DNA from: an uncultured Verrucomicrobiota bacterium
Lineage (GTDB): Bacteria > Verrucomicrobiota > Kiritimatiellia > CAYTQP01 > CAYXEW01
Reading direction: 5' to 3'
Assembly: GCA_964464115.1 (NCBI GenBank)
Contig: CAYXEW010000001.1
Location: 8,740 to 72,739 of the forward strand
DNA: 64,000 bases
The notes beneath the pieces are model-generated. The model saw only the letters and a program-made list of their open reading frames with translations. It made no database searches and was not told the DNA's origin. The translations under genes were made by a program, and so were the position numbers. Positions 25,935 to 36,550 of the stretch are shown piece by piece; positions within the stretch are counted from its first letter, which is position 1; the number at the start of each line of letters is the position of its first letter.

Positions 25935-26264
25935 TCAGCGGCACTCAGCCGGCAGCTTTTTTCGCGCCGAAGGCAAACCTATTGCAAGATTGCAGTCAAA
26001 GCCGAGTTCTGTAATAGCGCGCTCAATGTTTTTGTCCGCCACCTTGACGCGGTTGTAGTCAACGGTGACCACACCGTTTGAAATATCGGTATCGACAGAT
26101 CGAACCTCCTGAATGCTTCGCAATTTTTTCACAATGAGTTGCGCACATGCGTCACTCTTCATGCCGGGCACATCAAATGATTTTACACGGTCGTCTTCCC
26201 TGTTTAGAAAACAGCCATTTAACAACAGTATCACGGTTAACATAAAAATAGTTGAATGCTTCAT
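25935..26264 (-). CDS. small lipoprotein with a degenerate heavy-metal-associated (HMA-like) fold
   Basis: Lipobox LLNGC. GMKSDACAQ occupies the position of the GMxCxxC motif but has only one Cys. The protein is about 109 aa. Confidence 0.4.
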   Translation of the reverse strand: MKHSTIFMLTVILLLNGCFLNREDDRVKSFDVPGMKSDACAQLIVKKLRSIQEVRSVDTDISNGVVTVDYNRVKVADKNIERAITELGFDCNLAIGLPSARKKLPAECR

Positions 26265-26405
26265 AATCTATATGGTTCCTGTTATGTTTTTATCCTCTAA
26301 GCACGTATAGCTCAGATACGGTGGCTCTGCATTCCTATTAATAACAGGCTCTTAATTTTTTTCCACATTTTATTTGAACAAGATTGGGATCTAAGCATAT
26401 TGTAT

Positions 26406-27983
26406 TCACTGAAGAGGCGAGTGTACGTTTTTCCCATAGGGTTCCTCACCCTGACCTCCTTGGCGTGCACCGCCTCTTCTTTTTTCACCCTTCATCTCAT
26501 CCATTATCCGAATCGCATCAGAAGCTTTCTTAGATGCCGCGGGGTACAAATCTCCAAATTGCTGAATAAACTCACGGTAGATACTACGCGCCGTATCATA
26601 GTCCCCGTTTTTTAAATAGCACAGGCCCAGGTTCAATCTGTACTGGGGGGGGGCATCACTGTTGGCATACAGTTCTTCATAGATTTCAATGGCTTCGGGT
26701 ATATGGTTGCGCTGTAAGTAGGCATTGGCCAGTCTCAATTTTGGATTCCAGTGCGATTTCAGCTCCCCGCTGATTGCTTCATACAACGGGATCGCTTTAC
26801 TCCATTCTCCCTGCATGTAATAGATGTCGGCTAAACCCATACCTGTCTCCAGCTCCGGGCGCGTTTTTCGTTCTTTTATAAAAAGGTGATAAAAAGCCAT
26901 CGTGCACAATACGCCTGCCAGGACTCCGCCGGTTATTAACACGCTGCCGGCAACGGCCGTCAGCCGTCGATTGAATAGTTGCTTCTTTTCTGAAAAGCGA
27001 TGAGCATAGAGATCGAGTGAAAGAGCCGTGAGGGATAGGGCCTGCGCCGGATATTGCAACTGATTCGATTGCATGGCAAACCTAACTGTATGACTCAAGT
27101 CTTCTGTCCGATACCGGTATTGCCAGGCTCTCGGGTTGCGGTTTAAATGATAAAGCATCCATTCTACAGCCAGAATAATGCTGTCGGGCAGTTCGGTACA
27201 AAGCAATTCCTGAAGATCGCAATAACCATTCACAGCGTAGCTGAGTAAATGTTCGCGCAGCACGTCGCTATCGGTTGCGGTATAAAGCAAATTGAAAAGC
27301 AGTATATGTTGAATGGGCTGGTGCTGAAGGTCCCGTTGAGTCATGAACTCATCAATGCAGCGTGTGATGATTGTTACCAGTTCCCTCAGTTCAAGTTTAA
27401 TTTCCGCCACGTTATCTGTGGCGCCGCCTTGCCTCTCGAGTATCCGCTGAAGGGCTTCCAGTTCGAGCAGCAGCATCACGCACAGGTCAACATCGACAGA
27501 TTCACTTGTGCTGTCTGTTTCGAGCCAGCCCTTTTCACCGGAGCGCCAGCAGAACTGGCAGGTGTGTTCGAAATCGTAACAGCGCATCAGCGCCTCAGCG
27601 TATGAAGTCCATCGTTCCAGCGCAGCCCGTTCGTCTGCCTCTGCAAAATAGCCCCCCTCAATGAGTATTTCGCAACCGGCGGCGAGGAGGGGATAGGGCG
27701 CGGAAAAATGGCGCAGGGGTTCCAACGGATCCGAATGATGTTGCAGGATAAACGTGTCCATCAATTGCCGGTAATCGGCGCTTTCGCAGGACACCGTTCG
27801 CAGCGCGCTCATAAAACTGAACGGATTGCCTTCCAGTCGCACTTCGCCGTCTGTCCTGTCAAAGGAGGCTGCCGAATGCAGCCATCGTTCCTGAGCGGCA
27901 TGATACACAGCTCGGTAGGACGCGGGAAGCAATTCGCTGTAATCAGCAACGGCGCCGTTAAGATGGTTTACAGTATTATCCAC
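26406..27983 (-). CDS. TPR-repeat protein with a TM segment
   Basis: The C-terminal third has tandem TPR-like repeats (AIPLYEAI...LANAYLQRNHIPEAIEIYEEL...LNLGLCYLKNGDYDTARSIYREF), preceded by the TM helix VAGSVLITGGVLAGVLCTMAFY. Confidence 0.6.
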   Translation of the reverse strand: MDNTVNHLNGAVADYSELLPASYRAVYHAAQERWLHSAASFDRTDGEVRLEGNPFSFMSALRTVSCESADYRQLMDTFILQHHSDPLEPLRHFSAPYPLLAAGCEILIEGGYFAEADERAALERWTSYAEALMRCYDFEHTCQFCWRSGEKGWLETDSTSESVDVDLCVMLLLELEALQRILERQGGATDNVAEIKLELRELVTIITRCIDEFMTQRDLQHQPIQHILLFNLLYTATDSDVLREHLLSYAVNGYCDLQELLCTELPDSIILAVEWMLYHLNRNPRAWQYRYRTEDLSHTVRFAMQSNQLQYPAQALSLTALSLDLYAHRFSEKKQLFNRRLTAVAGSVLITGGVLAGVLCTMAFYHLFIKERKTRPELETGMGLADIYYMQGEWSKAIPLYEAISGELKSHWNPKLRLANAYLQRNHIPEAIEIYEELYANSDAPPQYRLNLGLCYLKNGDYDTARSIYREFIQQFGDLYPAASKKASDAIRIMDEMKGEKRRGGARQGGQGEEPYGKNVHSPLQ

Positions 27984-28089
27984 GAATAAACGTTTGTTGG
28001 ATTAACATACATTTTTACTCACATATTCGGTAAGAGACTATATAGTACAGTCATGGACAGGTATATGAAAAAGAATTTCAATCGGTGAA

Positions 28090-28962
28090 TTGAGCATACG
28101 TGAGGTAGTTATGAAGGGAATAGTCAGAAGTACAGTACTCCTGCTGGCCGCTGTTACCATCGCATCAGAGGGTGCGGAGAGTCGTTTTGTCGTTCGTGGG
28201 AGTCGTGTCAACGTTCGAGCGCGTCCAGAGCAGCGGGCCGAGGTGGTAGGACAGTTAAATGAGGGGGACACCCTTGCGTATGTTGAAAGCCGGGAGCCGT
28301 GGATTGGCATACGGCCCCCTGAAGAGCTGTCGCTTTGGGTGTTCGGTGAGTTTGTGAACAATGGGCTGGTTACAGCAAACAAGCTGAATATACGCTCGGG
28401 AGCGGGCGTTAATTACACTGTGGTTGGAACATTGCACGCGGGCGATAAGGTGCGCGTTCGGGAATCCTTCGGCGACTGGGTGGGTATTGATCCCCCGAAA
28501 ACAGCGGTTCTGTGGGTTCACAGCGACTATGTTGAGCACATCCGCCCACCGGAACCCTTGCCGGTACTGGATCCGCCGGAGCTGGTTTTACCCACGGAAG
28601 ATGATCAGCCGGTTTTTCCTCTGATCGAGAGGGATGCTGAAAAAGAGCCCAATCGTGCGCCGCCGCCGATGCCTGATGAGTTGAACCTGATTCCGCTGAG
28701 CGGGCAGGGGAAGGAAGCCGAATATCGCGGTATTTTAAAAGAAACGTTTTTCCTGGGGCATCCACCCACGGCCTATCGTCTCATCAAAAAGGTTGATGAA
28801 CGACTGGTTAATATCTGTTATGTAAAGGGGAATCACAGTCAGTTAAAAAAGTTGAAAAATGTGTATCTGATCATTAAGGGGCGCGAGTACTGGGTGCAGG
28901 GGGATAGCCTTCCAGTCATTGTTCCCGAGCGCATAACGCCGCGCTACGACAGTTTGCGGTGA
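28090..28962 (+). CDS. secreted protein with two bacterial SH3 (SH3b) domains
   Basis: Signal peptide, then two repeats of the pattern V...VNVRA.P......VG.L..GD.L....S...W..I.PP....LWV. Confidence 0.55.
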   Translation: MSIREVVMKGIVRSTVLLLAAVTIASEGAESRFVVRGSRVNVRARPEQRAEVVGQLNEGDTLAYVESREPWIGIRPPEELSLWVFGEFVNNGLVTANKLNIRSGAGVNYTVVGTLHAGDKVRVRESFGDWVGIDPPKTAVLWVHSDYVEHIRPPEPLPVLDPPELVLPTEDDQPVFPLIERDAEKEPNRAPPPMPDELNLIPLSGQGKEAEYRGILKETFFLGHPPTAYRLIKKVDERLVNICYVKGNHSQLKKLKNVYLIIKGREYWVQGDSLPVIVPERITPRYDSLR

Positions 28963-29466
28963 TCAGCGCCGACCTTTGAAGAAATCCTGAAGTAAAGTGC
29001 GGCAGGGTTCTTCAAGGAGCCCCTGCTCGTAGACCGGGTGATGATTCAACTTCTTGCAGTCAAATGTGTTGAAGAGTGAAATGGCGCCCCCGCGGTTGGG
29101 GTCCGGAACGCCCCAGCAAACGCGCGGTATCCGCGCCGACAGAATAGCTCCAGCACACATAATGCAGGGCTCTTTGGTCACATACAGTACGGTTTCGAGA
29201 AGGCGCCAGTCACCGATTGCATTAGCGGCCTGTGTAATGGCTAGCACTTCTGCGTGGGCCGTCGGATCCTTCAGTGTTTCCACCTGATTGTGTGCTTTGG
29301 CAATGATTTCACCCTGATGCGTGATCACGGCACCGACGGGCACTTCCCCCAAGGCGGCTGCCCGCTCGGCCTCTTTCAAAGCCAGACCCATTATAAATTC
29401 ATCGACAGACCAGTTTTCCATAGTCATTGTATATACGTTCCATGATTCACATTTGTGTCGCGTCAA
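28963..29466 (-). CDS. tadA: tRNA-specific adenosine deaminase
   Basis: HAEVLAI...PCIMCAGA zinc-deaminase motifs in a TadA-like context. The true start is probably an internal Met (MENWS... or MGLALKEA...). Confidence 0.85.
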   Translation of the reverse strand: MTRHKCESWNVYTMTMENWSVDEFIMGLALKEAERAAALGEVPVGAVITHQGEIIAKAHNQVETLKDPTAHAEVLAITQAANAIGDWRLLETVLYVTKEPCIMCAGAILSARIPRVCWGVPDPNRGGAISLFNTFDCKKLNHHPVYEQGLLEEPCRTLLQDFFKGRR

Positions 29467-29529
29467 ACGACGCCGTATAATGTGTGAAACGAGTTTGCAT
29501 TGCCATTATAAAACATTATTTTAACCCCT

Positions 29530-30402
29530 ATGCGAAGAATACCCGACTGGATAAGATTGTCACTTCGTGCGGATGAACATTACAAGGATGTTCAGCAGCT
29601 CGTCTCAAGCCTTCAGTTGAACACTGTCTGCGAGAGTGCACGATGTCCCAATCGCCATGAATGCTGGAACAGCGGTACGGCGACCGTCATGATTCTGGGT
29701 AACAGATGCACGCGCGACTGCCGATTTTGCTCTGTGGAAAGCGGTCCACCGCACACTGTCGATGCGACTGAACCGGACCGGGTGGCCCGCGCCGCAGAGA
29801 AACTGGGTTTAAAACATGTCGTGATTACTAGTGTCACGCGGGATGACCTGCCGGATGGAGGCGCCCAGGTTTTTGCCGATACGATAGCAGCTGTTAAAGC
29901 CCGCGCTCCCCTGGCAACCGTCGAGGTACTGACTCCCGATTTTGGGGGCGACACAGAGGCAGTGAATATGGTGCTAAACGCCCGTCCGGATGTGTTTAAC
30001 CATAACCTGGAAACAGTGAAGCGGCTCCAGGTCTCTATTCGCCCATCGGCATCCTATACCACTTCGCTGAGCGTACTGACTCATGCGGCGTCACATCGTC
30101 CCCCCGTGCTGGTCAAAACAGGTTTAATGCTGGGACTCGGGGAGACGGAAGCTGAAGTCGAGGAGACGATGCGAGATCTCCATGCGGCGGGGTGTCGACT
30201 GCTGACGCTGGGGCAATACCTGCAACCTGACAAGGTCTGTATGCCCGTTCAGGAATATATAACACCGCAGCAATTTGAACGATTGGCAGCATGCGCGCGA
30301 GCCATCGGATTCTCTTCCGTCAAGGCGGGTCCGCTGGTGCGCTCATCCTATGAAGCCGAGTCCATGCATGCCGAGGCGGGAGAGAAGGGGGGGGAGCGTT
30401 GA
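29530..30402 (+). CDS. lipA: lipoyl synthase
   Basis: The auxiliary cluster CESARCPNRHEC and the radical-SAM motif CTRDCRFC are both present. Confidence 0.9.
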   Translation: MRRIPDWIRLSLRADEHYKDVQQLVSSLQLNTVCESARCPNRHECWNSGTATVMILGNRCTRDCRFCSVESGPPHTVDATEPDRVARAAEKLGLKHVVITSVTRDDLPDGGAQVFADTIAAVKARAPLATVEVLTPDFGGDTEAVNMVLNARPDVFNHNLETVKRLQVSIRPSASYTTSLSVLTHAASHRPPVLVKTGLMLGLGETEAEVEETMRDLHAAGCRLLTLGQYLQPDKVCMPVQEYITPQQFERLAACARAIGFSSVKAGPLVRSSYEAESMHAEAGEKGGER

Positions 30403-31133
30403 CAGCGATTGAGCCGCATCTGCGTATTCGCATCGACCGGGAACATATGTGCGTTATTATTCCCGCGTACAATGAGGCCGAGGGCATCACACATTTGATC
30501 GGCGAAGTCAGGAAGTACTGCTCTCATATTCTGGTTGTGGATGACGGCTCGCAAGACGGAACGGGTGAGGTTGCCGAGCGGGCGGGTGCCGAGGTCATAC
30601 GTCATAATAAAAATATGGGAAAAGGGGTATCTCTCGGGGACGGCTTTGCCCATGTGCGCGACCAGCGCTATGGGCTGGTTATAACGATGGATGGTGACGG
30701 CCAGCACAATCCTGCCGACATCCCTCAGTTTATTGAAACGTATCAGCGAACCGGTATTCCGATGGTGGTCGGAAACCGCATGGCAGATGTGCATGAAATG
30801 CCGTTTTCCAGGAGGCTTGTCAATTTTCTGATGAGCCGCATACTGAGCAATGTAATGCATCAGTACGTTCCGGATACGCAATGCGGTTTTCGTTTACTTC
30901 GTGGTGATATTATTCCAATTGTGATGACGCATTCAGCTCGTTTTGCTGCAGAATCCGAAATGCTGCTCTACGTTGCGGATCGCGGTATCCGCATTGGTTC
31001 CGTCAGGGTAAAAACGATTTATAATAAGAAGAAGAGCTCCATCCGTCCATTCCGTGATACGATACTCTTCATTCGTATGTTGAGACAGTACTCGAGGCAG
31101 AAGAAGAGGCGCCGGCGCCGGATGGCAAGATAA
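30399..31133 (+). CDS. GT2 polyprenyl-phosphate glycosyltransferase (DPM1/GtrB-like, soluble form)
   Basis: VIIPAYNEAEGI...VVDDGSQDGT...MDGDGQH. It overlaps the lipA stop by 4 nt. Confidence 0.75.
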   Translation: MTAIEPHLRIRIDREHMCVIIPAYNEAEGITHLIGEVRKYCSHILVVDDGSQDGTGEVAERAGAEVIRHNKNMGKGVSLGDGFAHVRDQRYGLVITMDGDGQHNPADIPQFIETYQRTGIPMVVGNRMADVHEMPFSRRLVNFLMSRILSNVMHQYVPDTQCGFRLLRGDIIPIVMTHSARFAAESEMLLYVADRGIRIGSVRVKTIYNKKKSSIRPFRDTILFIRMLRQYSRQKKRRRRRMAR

Positions 31134-31231
31134 TGTGTTGCCTATGCGTGTAAAGGTGTATGCGGAAAGCAGTATCTACAGGTCGAAAAAAACGTTTCAG
31201 AAACCTGAGAATAGGCAAATCCTGAAAGGCG

Positions 31232-32209
31232 TTATGGCATCGTGTCTGGACAACCGGCCCCCTGAGGGTTCCGTCTTTGCAGTCTGTGCAATGTTATTTC
31301 CGGGGGGCAGTTCAGGCGAAGGGGTACGGATGATATACCACAACCCGCCGAGGTGTATCCTTTGAGTCTGTCGCGGTATTGCCAGTTACCCCTGATCATT
31401 GACCGCTTTGACTTGACGTTTCCGATGATGGGAATCCCACCAGGCATACATAACTGACCACCGTGCGTATGACCACACAATACGAGATCCACGCCGCAAT
31501 AATATGCTTTACGGGCAATTTCAGAAGTGTGGGACAGCAAAACAGTACAGATGTCATGCTGAATTTTGTCGGCAGCTTTTTCGAGATTGTCGACGGCATA
31601 GAAATGCGGATCATCAATACCGGTGATCGCCAGATTGTCGTGTCCCCGAGTCAGCACCACCGATTCATTGAGTAACAGGTGTACCCCGTATTTTTCAAGC
31701 TCCAGCCCCAGTTCTATAAAATCATGATTGCCGAGGACCGCGTAAACCGGTTGATGAATATGATCTAGTAACGTGCGCAGCAGCCCTACGGCTTTATCAA
31801 ATGGTCCATATGTCAGAGCCCGGTAATCACCGGTCCAGACGCAGATGTCATAACTGAGATCACGGACCTGTTCAATAATCCGTTCGATGAGATGCTCCTC
31901 AAAATCAATATGTAGATCGCTTAAATGCAGGATCGTAAAATTTTCAAAAGAGGCGGGCAGTCGGTGCAGCACGATATCGTTTGTTCGCAATTCAAGCCGA
32001 TATATATTTTCTTTAGCCCGCCCATACAAACATATGAGTCGAAAAGCTTTTTCCAAAAGAACGTGTAGCGGTGTCAGGTTTTCGATGTGAAATTTCATGG
32101 TGCCCTGACCGAAAGCCTGTGATGCATGATCTTCCTGAATGTCGAGACGCTGCCGCAAATGCAGCCGACCGATGCGTTTAACGAGAGTCTCGTAGTCAGC
32201 TTTTTTCAT
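31232..32209 (-). CDS. calcineurin-like metallophosphoesterase (YaeI-like)
   Basis: The GD/GNHD/GHTH motif series is present: LSDLH, WTGDY, VLGNHDF, CGHTHGGQ. Confidence 0.8.
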   Translation of the reverse strand: MKKADYETLVKRIGRLHLRQRLDIQEDHASQAFGQGTMKFHIENLTPLHVLLEKAFRLICLYGRAKENIYRLELRTNDIVLHRLPASFENFTILHLSDLHIDFEEHLIERIIEQVRDLSYDICVWTGDYRALTYGPFDKAVGLLRTLLDHIHQPVYAVLGNHDFIELGLELEKYGVHLLLNESVVLTRGHDNLAITGIDDPHFYAVDNLEKAADKIQHDICTVLLSHTSEIARKAYYCGVDLVLCGHTHGGQLCMPGGIPIIGNVKSKRSMIRGNWQYRDRLKGYTSAGCGISSVPLRLNCPPEITLHRLQRRNPQGAGCPDTMP

Positions 32210-32481
32210 TGTACTGAATCAGACGAATGCCTGTTGCGGTTTTCGGCGGCAGGTTGCTGCGATCGCTGCGCCTGAACAGCTCTTTCCAAACGCGAAGGCC
32301 GGTGAATATAAGCTCCGCCGGGTTTGAGAGATTCTCTGTAACGGTGAATGTATAGGGGGTTGTTGTATCCTGTACAATCCTGATATTTCCACTGCAGATC
32401 GGGGCTGTGATAAAGGGCGCAGCGATGCCTCAGATTCAGTGCACAGCCGACGCACTTTTTAGTTGGTTTTTTTTCCGTCAT
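32206..32481 (-). CDS. hypothetical small Cys-rich protein, translationally coupled to the metallophosphoesterase gene
   Basis: 91-codon ORF whose stop overlaps the downstream start by 4 nt. CVGC...C...C suggests a Zn ribbon. Support is weak. Confidence 0.3.
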   Translation of the reverse strand: MTEKKPTKKCVGCALNLRHRCALYHSPDLQWKYQDCTGYNNPLYIHRYRESLKPGGAYIHRPSRLERAVQAQRSQQPAAENRNRHSSDSVQ

Positions 32482-32558
32482 CCTAAAATCCTCAACCTTC
32501 CAAACGCCTACACTATTAACCTATCACAACTGCATTCGGGTGGCAACTGCCTGATCCG

Positions 32559-35500
32559 TTATTCAGCAACTTCAGAGATATAGCGATGATAGAGGGTTGA
32601 AATGGTGTGCTGACTCTCTTTCAGTCGCTGGGACAGGTCATCAGGAGTGGCTCTGACACCCAGGCATCGCTTGGAGAGCGCTTTCAGAGCCTGTCTGTTT
32701 TTCGGCAGTTGATGTATCTGCTGGTCTTCGAGGATCTGGAGGTAGTGTTCAACCTTGCGTAGGAAAATATATTCGCGTTCTAGTGCAATCGCTTCATCAT
32801 TGTCAATAAGTCCGTGTTTGTTCAGACGTTTCAAAGCATCCATGGTGTGGTAGGAGACGATATCCGGGTGCGAAACGGCTTCGGTTAACTGAAGGCTTTG
32901 CACGATAAATTCGACATCCCGAATACCTCCCGGACCGTTTTTGATATCTCGATTGCTGTCAATGCCGTTCGTATGAACGTCGACAGCCGCTTTGCGCATG
33001 CGCACAATATTGGAACAGACAGCTTTGCGATCACGCGGTAGCTGAAAGAGCGGCCAGACCTCGTTCATCAGTTCAACGCCGAGATCTGTGCAGCCGGCGA
33101 CGGGCCGCATCTTCAGCATGGCCTGAATTTCCCAGAGGGCCGCTTTTTTTTCATAATACTGTACAATAAACGGAAGGGAAACGGCCAGGGCCCCGGAGGT
33201 TCCGTATGGGCGCAGTCGAAAATCGACGCGGTAGGCGCAACCATCTTTCATGTAGCGGCTGAGGTCAGAACTCAGCCGTTCCGTAATTTTGGGAAAGAGG
33301 GTTTGCGCATGCACGCCTTCAGGTAAATCCGCGTCATCATAGATGGCAATCAGGTCGATGTCTGAGCTGTAATTGAGTTCATGTCCGCCCAGTTTGCCGA
33401 GGGCGAGTATGCAATAGTGCTCGAGTAAAGCATACTCGGCCAGCTCCGGGTGCGTTGACTGAAATTGCGCCCATACCCGTTCCAGGGCGACCTGCACGAT
33501 GCTGTCGGCGAGCATGGAAAGTTCACTCGCAATTTGCACCAGCGGAAGCCCCAGGCACATATCGCGCGTACCGATACGAAGCATTTCCTTTTTTCTGAAT
33601 GTGCGCATGACGTTTAACCAGTCATCATATGCCCCCGCACTGTCGGCCAGTGTGTGTAATTCTTTTTCAAAAAAAGCGGAGTTGCGCTGTCGGTAGAGGA
33701 CGGAGGGGTCGGTGACCCAGTCAAAGAATTCAGTATGCTGAATCAGGGTTTCAGACAAAAACTGACTGCGCGAAAAGATGCTCAACATCAGGTGCAGCCG
33801 CTCCGGTTGAGCGAACAGCATGGCGTATTCCTCTTTAGCATCACGAATGCGGGATGAAGAAAACCGCTCCCAGTTATTGAGAGCCATGTCGGGATCGGGC
33901 TCCTGTTTTACATAATCGCAGGCCAATACCGCCAAATTGATAAACAGATCCCGCGTACGACCGCTTCCCGTCAGACGGACCAGGTTGTGATATGCCCTTT
34001 CGGGATTCATAAACCCGTGGTCTTTGAGTAACGATTCCATCAGGTTTGGATCCGGTTGATCGGCGAGCAGGAGGTCAGCTATATTGCCCCTGTAGGGCCC
34101 TGGAAGAGATTCGCGGCCGAGGTGTCGGGTGACAAAATGGCGGACGGTGGCGGTGCGTCTTTCAAATTCGACATAAAGCTGGCGCGCCGGATCCAGTTTA
34201 CCGCGGGCTTCATATCCCATACGGCGTGCCAGGTGCATAAATTCCTGTGACGAGACCCCGGGCAGGTAGAGATCTTTGGCATTACCTCTGAGCATACGGA
34301 GCGCATTGATTAATGTACGCAGAAAGTCATAAGCCCTTTCAATGTCTCTCTGCTCGCCTTTCTCCAGAACGCCGGTATCAGTTAATGCTTCCAGTGCCAG
34401 ATGAATGCGGGGGGTTCGCATGGATGCATTAAGGTGGGCGTGCATGACCTGCATGAGCTGCACAGAGTATTCGACATCGACCAGCGCACCCGGGCTGAAC
34501 TTGGCATTATAGATTCCAGGTTTCTGCTTTTCCCTGAACTGACGAGACCTCAAGTCCCTCAATTCCTGCGTTTCAATACGATTGGATTCATAAATAAATT
34601 CATCTCTAAGACGCTCCAGCCGCGTTCCGAGTGCCGGGTCGCCTCCAAAATGTCTCAACCGCACCAGCGACAGCAGTTCATAGGAATGGGCTTCGCCGCC
34701 GGGGCCATAATACTTGCAGAAACTTTCCATACTGACCGCTCGCGGACCGCTCTGACCATGTGGTCTCAGGCGCAAATCAATTGAAAATATACCTTCTCGC
34801 TTGGTGTGTATAAACTGCGTAATGCCTTTGACCAAGTTTGAGAAAAATTCGGCATTGTGAAGTACGTCATCCCCGTTGGTTTTCCCGCTATCGCTATAGA
34901 CAAAAAGCAATTCGATATCCGAGGCATAGCCGAGGGCAGCACCGCCCATCTTGCCGAGACCCAGCAGAGCGTATTGCGCCTTCATTCCGGCAATGGTCAT
35001 GGGGTCGCCGTGTCTGGAAGAAAGATCCGTGTAGATAATCGAGGTGGTCGTGCGGATGATCATCTCTGCAAGGGCTGTCAGTTTTTCTGCCAACTGGCGG
35101 AAATCGATTCTCCGACCCACGATATGATCCAAATCAATCAGAAATAGTTCACGATCCTTGAAGGCATTAAGTACCGCTTGTTTTTCACCAATGTCTGCAG
35201 CGTGATCTAATTGTTGCTGCAAATCTGCTTCCAGTATATCGGAGGACCGGCTAAATGGTTGGTCGTGGCTTTCCAGAGACAGCAGGGGTAACAGCACTTC
35301 ATATTGTGATCGAATAAAATCCTCCCATAGGTAATCACTGGTGCCCAGTACGCGGGCGAGATCGTCCATCGTGTGAGGATCGGCCACCGCCTTCATCCAT
35401 TTGTCGTGATCGGGAGCTTTGATGAGATCTTCGGTCAGTATTTCAAAGCGTGAGAGGGCGGCGTATGGATCGGGGGCCTTCTGCAGATGATAGGTAAATT

Positions 35501-36395
35501 GCTTTGTCAGCAAGACGCACATTTTCAGGCGTATTTCCTGTTTTTCAAATGTTCTGGATCGTCCCGAGATATTAAGGACCTCCATTTCGTCCTCAATTTG
35601 TCCCTCGGCTGTCCGGATAGAGAGTCTTTCTATGGACATGTCCTGTAACGCGAGCGCACTGGACAGCGCGTACAGAAAAGCGGGGGTATCTTGGGAGGTA
35701 ATGTTCAGTCTATAACGGTTTTCAGCCATTTCCGCAATATGGATATCAACGGGCTGCAACATGTTCGTGGTTGCAGAAGATGGGTGCTGCAGGGCATGGA
35801 CCACCCATTCGTTTACCTGTTTACGAGCTTTTTCGATGTCTGCCTGGCGGCCCTTTTCCAGAAGCTCGAAGATGGCGCTGATACGGACCGTCAACTCCTT
35901 TTCCCAGAGCGGTAAAGGCATAGACGATTCCAGGTGCCCTTTGAAGCAGTCTATGATACATCGGTGGTTCTTCATATTCTTTTGCGGGCTGTGCACGCGG
36001 CGGTGAGCGGTATGAACGGGCTTCAAGGCTGGGGACCGCTTGCTGTAAGTGAAGACATGCCCCGCCACGATGCTGAAGTCCATACCGGCCAGGATACCGC
36101 TCAGGACAGAAAAGACCCCGGGATAATTATAGGAAAGAAATGTGACAGAAGTAGAGGAGCCCTCATGTTCCACTTCTAGTTGTACGGGAATATCCGACGG
36201 CAGCGATGCGAGAGCCTGAATGTGCCGAGCTATTTCATCAAAGGTGAAATGCTCGATATAGTCTTCTCCCAGGCGTTCGATGTGCTGCTGGCAGAGATCC
36301 GCGCCCATCTCCGGGTATTCGTCCAGTATGCGTTGAAGTGTATCCTTCACTGTATCAGCTCTCTTTAAAGAATACTTAACCATCTGTAAACCCAT
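32559..36395 (-). CDS. glnE: GlnE-family glutamine synthetase adenylyltransferase/adenylyl-removase, with an N-terminal extension of about 300 aa containing two ACT-like domains
   Basis: Two GlnE-type nucleotidyltransferase motifs about 510 aa apart (LGLGKMGGAALGYASDIELLFVYSD and ILALGKLGGHELNYSSDIDLIAIYDD). N-terminal to them are two segments of ACT-fold pattern (SVTFLSYNYPGVFSVLSGILAGMDFSIVAGHVFTY and RLNITSQDTPAFLYALSSALALQDMSIERLSI). The total is 1278 aa against about 950 for canonical GlnE. Confidence 0.75.
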   Translation of the reverse strand: MGLQMVKYSLKRADTVKDTLQRILDEYPEMGADLCQQHIERLGEDYIEHFTFDEIARHIQALASLPSDIPVQLEVEHEGSSTSVTFLSYNYPGVFSVLSGILAGMDFSIVAGHVFTYSKRSPALKPVHTAHRRVHSPQKNMKNHRCIIDCFKGHLESSMPLPLWEKELTVRISAIFELLEKGRQADIEKARKQVNEWVVHALQHPSSATTNMLQPVDIHIAEMAENRYRLNITSQDTPAFLYALSSALALQDMSIERLSIRTAEGQIEDEMEVLNISGRSRTFEKQEIRLKMCVLLTKQFTYHLQKAPDPYAALSRFEILTEDLIKAPDHDKWMKAVADPHTMDDLARVLGTSDYLWEDFIRSQYEVLLPLLSLESHDQPFSRSSDILEADLQQQLDHAADIGEKQAVLNAFKDRELFLIDLDHIVGRRIDFRQLAEKLTALAEMIIRTTTSIIYTDLSSRHGDPMTIAGMKAQYALLGLGKMGGAALGYASDIELLFVYSDSGKTNGDDVLHNAEFFSNLVKGITQFIHTKREGIFSIDLRLRPHGQSGPRAVSMESFCKYYGPGGEAHSYELLSLVRLRHFGGDPALGTRLERLRDEFIYESNRIETQELRDLRSRQFREKQKPGIYNAKFSPGALVDVEYSVQLMQVMHAHLNASMRTPRIHLALEALTDTGVLEKGEQRDIERAYDFLRTLINALRMLRGNAKDLYLPGVSSQEFMHLARRMGYEARGKLDPARQLYVEFERRTATVRHFVTRHLGRESLPGPYRGNIADLLLADQPDPNLMESLLKDHGFMNPERAYHNLVRLTGSGRTRDLFINLAVLACDYVKQEPDPDMALNNWERFSSSRIRDAKEEYAMLFAQPERLHLMLSIFSRSQFLSETLIQHTEFFDWVTDPSVLYRQRNSAFFEKELHTLADSAGAYDDWLNVMRTFRKKEMLRIGTRDMCLGLPLVQIASELSMLADSIVQVALERVWAQFQSTHPELAEYALLEHYCILALGKLGGHELNYSSDIDLIAIYDDADLPEGVHAQTLFPKITERLSSDLSRYMKDGCAYRVDFRLRPYGTSGALAVSLPFIVQYYEKKAALWEIQAMLKMRPVAGCTDLGVELMNEVWPLFQLPRDRKAVCSNIVRMRKAAVDVHTNGIDSNRDIKNGPGGIRDVEFIVQSLQLTEAVSHPDIVSYHTMDALKRLNKHGLIDNDEAIALEREYIFLRKVEHYLQILEDQQIHQLPKNRQALKALSKRCLGVRATPDDLSQRLKESQHTISTLYHRYISEVAE

Positions 36396-36550
36396 CGGTC
36401 ACGGCAAATATTATTGTTATCATTGATTGGAATCCCCCGGTCGGTTCTGCCATGATGCGCCTCTGCAGAAGGTCCCGACCCTCTGACCTATGCGTCATGG
36501 AGGTGCGGGTTCAGAACTGAATACTATAACCGTTAAAGAGCTGACAGAAG

